Source of the DNA: Octopus vulgaris
Lineage: Eukaryota
Assembly: GCA_951406725.2 (NCBI GenBank)
Contig: OX597825.1
Coordinates: 48,360,001-48,424,000 of the forward strand
Direction of reading: 5' to 3'
DNA length: 64,000 nucleotides
Shown piece after piece: positions 52,465 to 64,000 of the stretch. The notes under the pieces are model-generated. The model ran no database searches. It was not told the origin of the DNA and saw nothing but the letters and a program-made list of their open reading frames with translations. Every line of letters begins with the position of its first letter. Position 1 is the stretch's first letter. Position numbers and translations under genes: made by a program.

Positions 52465-54090
52465 CCATTCAGATGTCAGTGTGATATATCTTGACTTTGC
52501 AAAGGCATTTGATAAGGTAGATCATGGCTTGATATGTCATAAGCTGCGAGAGCTTGTCATTGCTGGTTAACTGGAAGAGTGGCTGCATGACCTCCTTAAA
52601 GACAGCAGCCAATTCTAAGTGGTGTCCCTTAGGGTACTGTTCTGGGGGGTCATTACTGTTCATAGTAGCCCTCTTTTGACATGCTCACGGTCACTCGGAC
52701 AGCCACTGTCACTAGCAACGCCGATGATACAAAATTATCACAGGCAATAAAAAATCAAGATGACGTCGCAAGCTTACACAGGACCTGAATTCAATATAAA
52801 AGTGGGTTGAAGTAAACAATATGCAGTTTAATGCTGAACATTTTCAAGCACTGCACTATCAACTCATGAATGCACTGCAGCCTGCATATATAGAACCTGA
52901 ATGCAGGCAAGGCAGACAGTGAAAGACTTGGGGATCAGTATGTGCAATGATGCATCATTTCATATGCACATTACCAAGATGTCAGCAAAGTACAGGGTGG
53001 ATACTATGGTCCTTCAAAACAAGAGACCAAGAATTTATGTTGACCCGGTGGAGACCTTTATTCTCAGCCGCCTGGACTACTGCTCTCAGTTATGATCACT
53101 TCATAGTGCCAAACTAGCAGCGGAGCTTGAAGCAGTCCAACACCACTACACTAAAATGATTGGAACAATGCAGTGGATGAGCTACGAGCAGAGGCTGAAA
53201 AAACTGTAACTTTACTCCTTGGAGCGAAGGTGCGACAGATAAGTAATAATCAACATACTCTTTACTCTTTTACTTATTTCAGTCATTTGACTGGCCATGC
53301 AGGAGCACCGCCTTTAGTCGAGCAAATCGACCCCAAGACTTATTCTTCGTAAGCCTAGTACTTATTCTATCGGTCCCTTTTGCCGAACCGCTAAGTTACG
53401 GGGACGTAAACACACCAGCATCGGTTGTCAAGCGATGTTGGGGGGACAAACACAGAGACACAAACGTATACACACACATACATATATATACATATATACA
53501 TATATACGACGGGCTTCTTTTAGTTTCCATCTACCAAATCCACTCACAACACTTTGGTCAGCCCGAGGCTAGAGTAGAAGACACTTGTCCAAGGTACCAC
53601 GCAGTGGGACTGAACCCGGAACCATGTGGTTGGTAAGCAAGCTACTTACCACACAGCCACTCTTATGGAAAACTCTAGAAAGACTAGTACCTAATTTCGG
53701 CATTGAATGTTATACAAATGCCAGAACTGGACACCATTGTATTGTACTAAAGGCACCATCCACGCCATCTAAATTCAGGACCAGGTACTGCATTAACCTA
53801 GGATTCAAAGGCCCACAGCTTTTCAATACCCTGCCACAAACATTTTAAAATCTACATAATGTGGACGTACATGTCTTCAAAAACGAACTAGACATCTTCC
53901 TTTCCACAATACTGGATGAACCAACGGCCCGACATCAGGTAGAGACCAGGGCAGCGGATTCCAACTCCCTTGTGCACCAAATGGTCCAACAACTGGGACA
54001 AAGTTACATACAAGAGTGGTCATGTGAACCCACCACCACCAGCTTGAGGAAATCAGCAAAACCACAGAGGTGCTCCAGCATGACTGTAGC
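52465..54090 (+). mobile_element. CR1-like LINE RT and 3' end, interrupted by a SINE
   Basis: VIYLDFAKAFDKVDHG, GVP*GTVLG, ADDTKL, WVEVNNMQFN, SRLDYCSQL and LYSLERR; continues after 53663 with WKTLERLVPNFGI..GPQLFNTLP..FKNELDIFL. Confidence 0.88.
53256..53663 (-). mobile_element. SINE family A, well preserved
   Basis: Full reverse-complement head, internal CA/TA tract and tail. Confidence 0.9.
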
Positions 54091-55368
54091 TGCATATTTT
54101 CCAGGCGCAGATGGATGGCCTACTACACACACACACAGACACACACACACACACACGCACACACACACACAGACACACACACACACACACACACACTATA
54201 AAAACAATGGGCTGTTGCGCAGTCTCTTCAATCAATTTGGCTAATAAGGTACTACTGAAGAGACTTGCCCAAGGCGCTACAGGATGGGATCGAACTCCAG
54301 ATCAAGAGGTTGCAAAGGGAACGTCTTCTCCACAAACGAACACAAAAACGCAAACTTATGCGTGTGTAAACGGGTCTGAATGTGTGTGTGCGCGTGTGAT
54401 CTTTCGAGATCGATGGATGGCCTACCACACACACACACACGCACATACTCACATATATACACACATTTTTATATATAGTGTGTGTGTTTGTGGGAGTGTA
54501 AATATGCTTGAGCGTATGTGCTTGTATGTGTATATGTGAGCATGTGTGGAAGCGTGTGCATGTCTATAATACGTATTTTGTTGTCGTCGGGAAGACGAAA
54601 GTCAAGATGGCCTCGATTGGATTTGAACATAGAAGTCAAAAGAATGTAACTAAATACTGCCAGATATTTTTGCCCGACTCTCTACTGAATCTTCTTTCCC
54701 ACCACTGCCATCAAAAACAACAACAACAAGCAATGGCCAATGTACATCCAACGAATACCTTTGTTAAATACAAGTAAACCACGACAGCAACAAAAAGTCC
54801 AGTAACGCAAGGAGAAATCTAAAAATACGAGAGACTAAAAACGGAATGAAAGCAGCAGCAGTGTGTGCATTTGTATCGGTGCGCGCGTGCATGCGTATGT
54901 ATGTGTGTGTGTGTGTGTATGTTTTTGTGTGTGCACATCTGTGCGTGTCTGTGTGTATGTATGTGCGCGTGCGCGCATGTGAAAACATGGACAGGATAAA
55001 ATATTTTCTCACATCAATGTTGACCCAACCAATATTCCAATATTGTCTTTACTGATGACTTTGTTTTTGGCCTTCAGTCTTTTTTATCCATCTATTTCAG
55101 AAAGAGAACATTCTTCCGGCTAAAATTGGCCATGGCTGCCGGCTATATAAGCAGATTGGCTAATATTAGTACAGTAAACTTTGCCAGTTCTTCTCTCTGC
55201 TCTGGTATCCACAGTTGAAATGTCCTTGGAGCAGATTTAAGACAAATGTTTGGCTCCATTCGTTTTATTTTGTGTTCAAGATATGTCTGCTGCTATTTAT
55301 GTCTTCTAATGACGTTGTTGACTTTCCAATGTTGACGCATTCCTTCCCCCCTGCTTTTTCGTTTGCTT

Positions 55369-55402
<34 letters not shown>

Positions 55403-56059
55403 TACACACATATACACGCACACATGCACACACGCACACGCACATACCCACACACTCACACACACTCACACACTCACACACTCACACACACTCACACACA
55501 CTCACACACACTCATACACACACGCACGAACATACACATGGACACGCACAATGCGCAAACATACAAATATCCATACGGACACACATATACAGACATACAC
55601 AGAGACACACACAGGCATCCACACGCATATACGTCCATACACATATGCAGACATACGCAAACATGGACACATATATACATATGGAAACATACAAACACAC
55701 ATATACCTATGTAGACATACACAAACAGACATATATGATAAATATTTGCAAAAATACACTTAAGTTCATACACGTGTAGACTAAAACATATACACATGCA
55801 TATTACCTAAATTCTTGGCCATAAACACATACATTTAGACTGATTAATCACATGCATATATACATACATACATATGCACAGACATGCAGATTTACAAACA
55901 TGCGCAACCAATACACTCATACATAAAAATATACCCTTGCATACACATACAAGTACATACATTTGAATACATTAAACATAGAAATGTACGAGGGGTGCGC
56001 GCGCACACATACACACAAGCACATACACGCACATAGAGTTACACGCATGTATGTGTAGG

Positions 56060-56505
56060 TAAGTATCTTCTACTATAGCCTCGGCCATACCAAATCCTTA
56101 TGAGAGGATTTGGTATACGGAAACCCGAAGAAGCCCGTCATATGTGTGTGTTTGTGTGTGTGTTTGTGTGTCTGTGTGTGTATGCGTGTGTGCGCGCTTG
56201 TCCCCCACCACTTAAGAAAATTAAGTATGGGGTCGATTCATTGGACTAATATTTCTTCAAGGCAGTGCCCCGGTATGGCCGCAGTTTAAAGACTGAAACC
56301 AGTAAACGATAAAAGATTGTGTGTATATATATATATTCTTTTATTTATTTCAGTCATTTGACTGCGGCTATGCTGGAGTACCGCCTTTAGTCGAGCAAAT
56401 CAACCGCAGTACTTATTCTTTGTAAGCGTAGTACTTATTCTATTGGTCTCTTTTGCCGAACTGCTAATTTACAGGAACGTAAACACACCAGTATCGGTTG
56501 CGACC
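56060..56505. mobile_element. Two SINE family A fragments, tail to tail
   Basis: Plus-strand copy 56060-56317 and minus-strand copy 56336-56505. Confidence 0.75.
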
Positions 56506-56509
56506 CATA

Positions 56510-56657
<148 letters not shown>

Positions 56658-56719
56658 CTACTATGTCAACCTGTCGTATATCCAAATTTGGTTAAATGCG
56701 TTTTTTTTTTCAATATTCA

Positions 56720-56860
56720 ATATTGCTATTCCGTCGAGGTTGACTTTGTCTTTCATCCTTTCGGAGTCGATAAATTAAGTACTAGTTGTGTACTGGGGTC
56801 GATCTAATCGACTGGCTTCCTCCCCAAAAATATCGGTTCTTGTGCCTAGTGTAGAAAATA
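56720..56860 (+). mobile_element. SINE family B 3' part
   Basis: gaggttgactttgtctttcatcctttcggagtcgataaattaagtac. Confidence 0.8.
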
Positions 56861-57244
56861 ATATTTAATTTTGCTTGCAATAGCCGATTCTTTTGGTCAA
56901 ACTATCGTATTTCCAGCTGCTTCAGATGAAAATGGTCAAAGTGTAGTACAGCGGTTTAACATTTTTGAAAAGTGTAGTAATCCTCACATACGACAGTTTT
57001 GCAAAAGTATTTCTGCCTGAAAATATCATATATGCATGGAGTTACGATTTTATGCACCCAACAAAGTATTATTATTAAGCCGAAACAGTTGCTAATGTAA
57101 AATGGAATGGAATAGATGAAACTATTTTTTCGATTAATGAAAAAGCAACGTTTTGGACTTACGATTCGTTCGCATAACAACGATATGAATACACACATAC
57201 ACACACGCACACACACACATATAATACAAACAGACGCATGTATG

Positions 57245-57322
<78 letters not shown>

Positions 57323-57323
<1 letters not shown>

Positions 57324-58615
57324 CAGGTCATCCCATAAGTTCTGTCCGATTTTACCTTTTTTAAAATTGAATGAAATTTAATAGTATTTTAGAATGTCTA
57401 AATGGAATTAAAAATTATTATTTTGCATTTGTGTACATTTAAACGAATTAAATATTATTTTACAGAATAATAGAATTGAAATTTCTTTGATGAAAACCCT
57501 TTCTAACATGGAAGTATCCAAAGAGCATTTGAGGCACATATTGCTTTATGAATACAAAAAACGAAACTCTGCAGCCAAAGCGACTCGAAACATACTCTCA
57601 GTTTATGGGAAAGAATACTTGAATGAAAGAATTTGCAGAAGATGGTTTGCAAAATTCAGAAGTGGAGATTTCAGCCTTGAAGATGAAGATCGAACAGGAC
57701 GTCCAGTTGAGTTTGATGATAAGCTCCTTGAGGCATTACTTGAAGAAAATCCTGCATTATCATTTGAAGAATTGGCAATAAAGCTTAGTTCAAACCATAC
57801 AACTGTTCATCGTCATTTTCAACAACTTGGAAAGGTTCCTGAACTTCGAAAATGGGTGCCTCATGAATTGTCCGAAAGCAATCGCAAATTCCAATTTGAC
57901 ATCTGCTCTTCTCTCCATTCTCGCGAATTCATTTCACCCTTTTTGGATAGGCTTGTGACTGGTGACGGAAAATGAATCTTCTATCGAAATATTAAACGTC
58001 GTAAACAGTGCTTGGTAAAAGGGAAAAAGCTCAACAACAATCGAGAAGGGAACTTCAAGGGAAAAAGGTTCTTCTTTCTATCTGGTGGGATTGCAAAGGA
58101 GTAATTCACTTTGAATTGTTACCACCTAATGCAACAATCAATGCTCAAGTCTACTGTCAGTAATTAGAGCGTTTGAACCAAGCTCTGAAGAAGAAAAAAA
58201 AAGACCCACTTTAGTGAATCGAAAAGGAGTGATGTTTCATTAGGAGAATGCGCGACCCCACACTGCAAAGATCACATCACAGAAGATCGAAGAGCTCGGT
58301 TGAGAAAAATTCCTCATCCACCTTATTCGACCGACCTTGCTCCTTCAGACTACCATTTGTTTCGTAGTTATAGAATCATTTGAGGGACATAACTTTCGCA
58401 AGCCTCAGGAGGAGGTCGAAACTGACATTTCAGAGTTCTTTGCTTCGAAAGCAAAAGAGTTTTACATTGATGGGATTAAAAAGCTTGTAAAGAGATGGAA
58501 GGAAGTCATAGATAACCAGGGAAAGTATACTAATGACTAAATTTCAATTAAATATAACTTTTGATCACTTGTTTTCTTTATTCAAAATTCGGACAGAACT
58601 TATGGGATGACCTGA
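57323..58615 (+). mobile_element. Mariner (DD34D) transposon, full length, 1293 bp
   Basis: Near-perfect ~30-bp TIRs tcaggtcatcccataagttctgtccga / tcggacagaacttatgggatgacctga with TA on both sides. Confidence 0.95.
57508..58540 (+). pseudogene. Mariner transposase pseudogene
   Basis: MEVSKEHLRHILLYE..RWFAKFRSGDFSLED..GRP..WVPHEL..VTGD(GK*)..WWDCKG..ENARPH..HPPYSTDLAPSDYHLF; several stops and frameshifts. Confidence 0.92.
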
Positions 58616-58884
58616 TATATAAATGCATCTGTTTGTAGGTACGCGCATGTGCTTGTGTACACTCATACAAACATAAGTACCACCGATATCAACACATACT
58701 TATATATGCACGCGCACAAACATAAGCACTTATATACTCATAAGGAGAGAGATGCAAATATTTGCATACATACATATGTACAAATGTTCAGATACGTTTG
58801 CATTGATATATAAATATATCATACACTTTATATACATATTCACAAGCCTACACATATGCACTTACACAAGCATATGAACATCTG

Positions 58885-58965
<81 letters not shown>

Positions 58966-58989
58966 GTAATTATCATCTGTGTGTGCGCA

Positions 58990-59063
<74 letters not shown>

Positions 59064-59594
59064 TAAATAATATTTAAACTGTAGTACAAAGGATTTAGCT
59101 TCAGTAATTCCTTAATTTTCAGTCTTTTTAAATCACTAAGTAATTTATTTTCCGGAAAAAAAAATATATATTTCCCCTTTTTTAAACAGAAGACTTGACT
59201 GTGATTAGCACCTGTGATGCCATAAGTTACTACAGATATATTTATAAAGGCGATATTATTAATGGTCTTTTGTTAAATAATCTTTTTAAATTAGCAAGTA
59301 GCAAGACCGGTGATTAGCTATATCACAAGAATTTAGTTCTTACTTAAAGCACCATAGAGCATTTTATACATAAATTACTTTTAAAAAATTTCTGTCCAGA
59401 TTATGTAAGTGACATATCTAATATATTCGAGCCTGTTGAGGTTGATTCAGTTAATACTCATTTTGAACAGCTGGCTACAGAGAGAACATGTGCACGGAGA
59501 GAAATTTTAAGAACCAGCATTCCAGGGAATGCGGACTAAAGAAGTGGGGCTTTGTGAGTGTCTTAGAGGGTTCATCAAAGACGGAAAGTTATCC

Positions 59595-59746
59595 TCTATC
59601 TTTTACTTGTTTCAGTCATTTGACTGTAGCCATAATGAGGCACCGCGTTGAAGGGTTATTAGTCGAAAAGTCGATCGACCCCAAGACTTATATTTTTTAA
59701 GCCTAACACTTCTTCTATCAGTCTCTTTTGCCGATCTACTAATTCA

Positions 59747-59781
<35 letters not shown>

Positions 59782-59862
59782 ACACGCTCGCGTGCACGTA
59801 TATACATACATATAAACACACTTAGCCACGCACACACACCCACATATGTCTATATCTATCTA

Positions 59863-59918
<56 letters not shown>

Positions 59919-60012
59919 CATACCAAATCCACTCACAAGGCTTTGTCGACTGTAGCAGACGACACTTGCCCCAGGTGCCACGCTGAACCCGGAGCTATGT
60001 GGTTGGGAAGCG
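59595..60012 (-). mobile_element. SINE family A fragments (tail 59595-59742, head 59920-60012) separated by microsatellites
   Basis: Homology to the other family A copies. Confidence 0.65.
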
Positions 60013-60049
60013 TTTTTATATTTATAATGTACCATATCATAATATATAC

Positions 60050-60600
60050 AAATGATGCCTGCACCTCAATTTCGAGCAATGCCATCAGTTGGTTGGTTGT
60101 TCTCATATACATGAATAGCTCGGATGTGGCTTTTCAGTTCTGCCAGGAACTTGCATTGTTTTATACAGATGTGGCAACAATGGGTGCCTCTTGTACTAAA
60201 TGTTCAAAGACATTACCACCCACTTCGACAAATACTGCATACCATCATAAAAGTTTTCATTGGGTGTTTTGCTTTTTTCAGCAAGGCCAGCCATAGTACG
60301 TAGCACATAACAGAGATGTTAAATACAAAGCGATGCCTGCGCCTGAAGATTCTTAAATCGAAGGAAATGCTTGCACACGGCCAATACTACTCTCTAAATA
60401 TGATATATATTTGCGCAAAAGAACAGGTCTACTTCATTGAAAGCAAACTAAGTTACGTAAGAGTTTTCCCTCTCATGGAGATACGTCTAAACAGATCCAC
60501 CTTTTGATAGGTTTCGTTTTTCGTTCTGCAGGGTGTCTAACGAAAACCATCCTCCTTGTCAAGCTGGATATAATTGAACAGTTGCAGAGATCCATAGATA
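60050..60600 (-). mobile_element. RTE-clade LINE 3' end with zinc-finger remnant
   Basis: Minus strand CHICIKQCKFLAELKSHIRAIH and terminus atggcattgctcgaaattgaggtgcaggcatcat, similar to 1990-2022. Confidence 0.55.
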
Positions 60601-60610
60601 GACTAGATAA

Positions 60611-60681
<71 letters not shown>

Positions 60682-60700
60682 TATATATATATATATAGAG

Positions 60701-60761
<61 letters not shown>

Positions 60762-60872
60762 AACACATACACACATACACACACACAAACAAACAGAGAC
60801 AAAAGAAAGGGGCAAACAGACTCGTAGATTATTAACAGATAAGTTTCGGTCAGAATTGGTTTAGACCAGCGA

Positions 60873-60930
<58 letters not shown>

Positions 60931-61157
60931 CCTATGGTCCTAGTGTAATTTTAGTTTTTCATTGATATTGCAATATTCCAGTATACCAATATACCATTAA
61001 TCCAATATACCACTATTCCAATAATTTACAATATTTCCAAATCTTTTCACCTGACATTTGGTGGCAGCTGAAAGAGTTTCTCACCGGTTTTCTGTCACTG
61101 TCTGACTGCCATCATAAACATACATAGCTGAGTCTGTGTGGGTGTATATAGATATAA

Positions 61158-61265
<108 letters not shown>

Positions 61266-61368
61266 GTGTGTATGCCTGTATGTTTGTGTGTACATATTCA
61301 TGCAGACATATACGTATATTTCTGAAGGCAGATTCGCAGTAAGAGGGTGAGAAACATACATACATACA

Positions 61369-61399
<31 letters not shown>

Positions 61400-62339
61400 T
61401 GTGCGTGTTTGCATATATAAATGTGTGGATATGTGTGTGTGTGTGCGTGTGTGTGTGTGTGTGTGTGTAGGTATGTATGTATGTATGTAGGTAGGTAGGT
61501 AGGTAGGTATGTAGGTATGTATGTGTAGGTAGGTAGGTAGGTAGGTAGGTAGGTAGGTAGGTAGGTAGGTAGGTAGGCAGGTAGATAGATAGAGAGATAT
61601 AGAGAAAGAAATGGGAGAGAGAGAGATAAAGAGAATTAAAGAATAGGAAGAGGAAGGGTGATAGTTAGAACGAGTGAAAGAGAGGAAGTAGTTTTCTAAA
61701 ATTGTTAATATATAATGATGCGTGGGCAGTTACAATGTAGTTTCTTCGAGTCTAGAATGGCGAGTCTGTCACGTTGTCTTCTGAATCTCAGCTGTTCTAT
61801 TTTCACGTGTCAAATATTGCTGCAAGCTTGTTTATGTTGTGCATAGTTGCTGTGGTTCATGGGTGTATATTTAAAAGGGATAGACAGGAAAGGGTGACGT
61901 ATGAATAGATATTATACCCGACGGTAAACAAAAGGCTTCTGTCCTATTACACTGACTATTGTTCAAGGCCGTTTTAATATCATTATAGCCTCACCTACCG
62001 GACAAAAATATGTTCTGATGGCCTTCAGTATTATTATTTGACAAGACACCGCATCATTAGAATTGCTGTAGATCCCTAGACCCGTTCCTTCGGGCCCTGG
62101 GCATTACTGAGAGTGTTCACGTCTTAAGGACGACCTATATTGGATTTGTGGCCAGAACAAACGTGAGGGACTCAGTTCACTCGTCATAAGTGATTATTAT
62201 GTCCTTAGTCTGAGCACTTAATCAGTATGTTGAGAAGTATATATATATATACATACCAGTGTTAGAGTAGAGATCAGTGAGCCCTTAGAAGCACATACAT
62301 ACATACATTTACACGCATACATAGTTATTTTAATATTTC

Positions 62340-62399
<60 letters not shown>

Positions 62400-62422
62400 A
62401 TATATATGTATATATTTATATA

Positions 62423-62577
<155 letters not shown>

Positions 62578-62879
62578 AAAATTCCTATCGAAGATGCGTA
62601 TCGCCTTCATCTTCGAAACGCAGAGTAGATGAAACCATGGCGACTGAAGAAGGAGAATTTTCCTTGTGTTATTTGTCCTGTACTCTATTTTTTCGTTGTT
62701 TAAGAAAAATGTCCAGTTCCTTGGTTTTGTGTTATTGTTTTCGTTTCTCATTGTGTTCGACGTTCTTTTTGGTGTCCTGTACCCATATATGCATGTATAT
62801 ATACATGTAGAGGTAGGTACGTACATATATGTATATATGCATATGTTTTATTTATTAATTTATATATATATATAATATA

Positions 62880-63488
62880 ATATATCAAGATTCAGGTGAA
62901 TCAGGTACGTAAATGGAAGGCAGCTGGACGGGTCGAAAAGTAAAATGTGTACACAACAAAAATAGAGGAATATATATGCGGGTACCCAAGTACACGTAAA
63001 AATATATTCAGGTTATGTATACGATTAACTGTAACCAACTGAGTATATCAATAGCTCTGAGGCTAAACAAGAAACGCACATTGTAATAAATGTACGGTCC
63101 ATAATATACTTTGGATCTACTCAAAGAACACGTTCCGAGAAAGGTGAATAATAAATGAATAAGTAACAACAGACAGATGATGTATAAATTAATTCACTAC
63201 AGCTGTTTCCCAAAAATTTTTGATTGATTAATAGAGACATTACATCATTAGGAAAAACCGTTTTCTTCAGGTGAATACATGAATCACAACATTCAAAATC
63301 ATTGAAAAGCCAGCGGTATGTGCATCTTCATGATTCTACGACCAGCGAAGGTCATAGAATCATTAAGGTGTACATAGCGCTGGTTTTGAATGTTTTTGAA
63401 TGTTCTGGTTCATGTATTCACCTAATGATGTAAATCAATCAAAAATTCGTCGGAAACAGGTGTAGTGAGTTAGCATTTTATCCATCTG

Positions 63489-63490
<2 letters not shown>
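62880..63490 (-). mobile_element. Penelope-like fold-back element in (TA)n
   Basis: 63190-63343 is inverted to 63350-63490 around a 6-nt loop; contains a hammerhead; TA-rich tracts on both sides. Confidence 0.72.
63192..63276 (-). ncRNA. Type I hammerhead ribozyme (helix II partly decayed)
   Basis: Minus strand ATTCAC-CTGAAGA-..-GAAA, palindromic helix III ACAGCTGT, GUA triplet, then GTGAAT closing a 6-bp helix I. Confidence 0.75.
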
Positions 63491-63527
<37 letters not shown>

Positions 63528-63649
63528 CATATACATACACACACACACATATATATGTTTATGTATGTATGTATGTATGTATGTATGTATGTATGTATGT
63601 ATTGTATTGTATGTATGTATGTATGTATGTATGTATGTATGTATGTATG

Positions 63650-63691
<42 letters not shown>

Positions 63692-64000
63692 CTGATACAT
63701 ATTATATGTACATAATGAACGTATCTTGTGTATGTGTGTGAGTACAACTATATATGAATGTGTTTATGTATGTATACATATAAATGCATGTGTTTCTTAG
63801 TGTTCAATGGTCTCTTTTCTAACACTGGTGATTAATTAGTGCCTCGATCCCAAAGGAATGTAAAGTAAGTTTCAATGTAAGCCGAATTTGATCTCAGATG
63901 CGAGGACTTATCAACGTTACTGAATCCATTTTGCATGACGAAAAAAAAAAAGATTAAGAATGTGGTAAGCAGTGATGTCTATGCCTTTCCTAAAGTTATC

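Noticed and set aside
54110-54440. Direct repeat gatggatggcctac.acacacac at 54110 and 54412
   Set aside because: A short duplication around SINE and microsatellite debris; a TSD cannot be distinguished from local slippage.
57487-57975. SETMAR-like host gene
   Set aside because: There is no SET domain, it is bounded by TIRs with TA, and the frame is disrupted, so it is a mariner relic.

Overview
Eukaryotic, repeat-dominated, apparently intergenic or intronic DNA. The SINE families, microsatellite density and transposon mix point to an octopus genome (inference from recognised repeats). No host protein-coding exon can be supported; nearly all ORF-track entries are microsatellite translations. 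The window holds decayed non-LTR retrotransposons (RTE, HERO, R4/Dong, CRE, Tx1/L1, CR1), a Penelope-like GIY-YIG fragment, DNA transposons (two full-length mariner relics, a maT/DD37D-like element, hAT, Chapaev3-like, Helitron-like), three SINE types and one 100-N gap. The main signal is a set of short non-coding elements from at least six unrelated families. Most sit in (TA)n tracts, and each carries a type I hammerhead ribozyme fold (CUGANGA...GAAA, usually a palindromic helix III) of the Penelope/retrozyme kind, often with an inverted arm. Highlights: intact or near-intact ribozymes at 30287-30375, 16439-16530, 42552-42609 and 63192-63276(-); a three-copy family with a non-canonical CUGUYGA core; and a composite insert (41503-42659) with inverted ribozyme arms around a LINE 3' end, bounded by a 12-bp target duplication. 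Family names were assigned by eye from remembered motifs, not from database searches.
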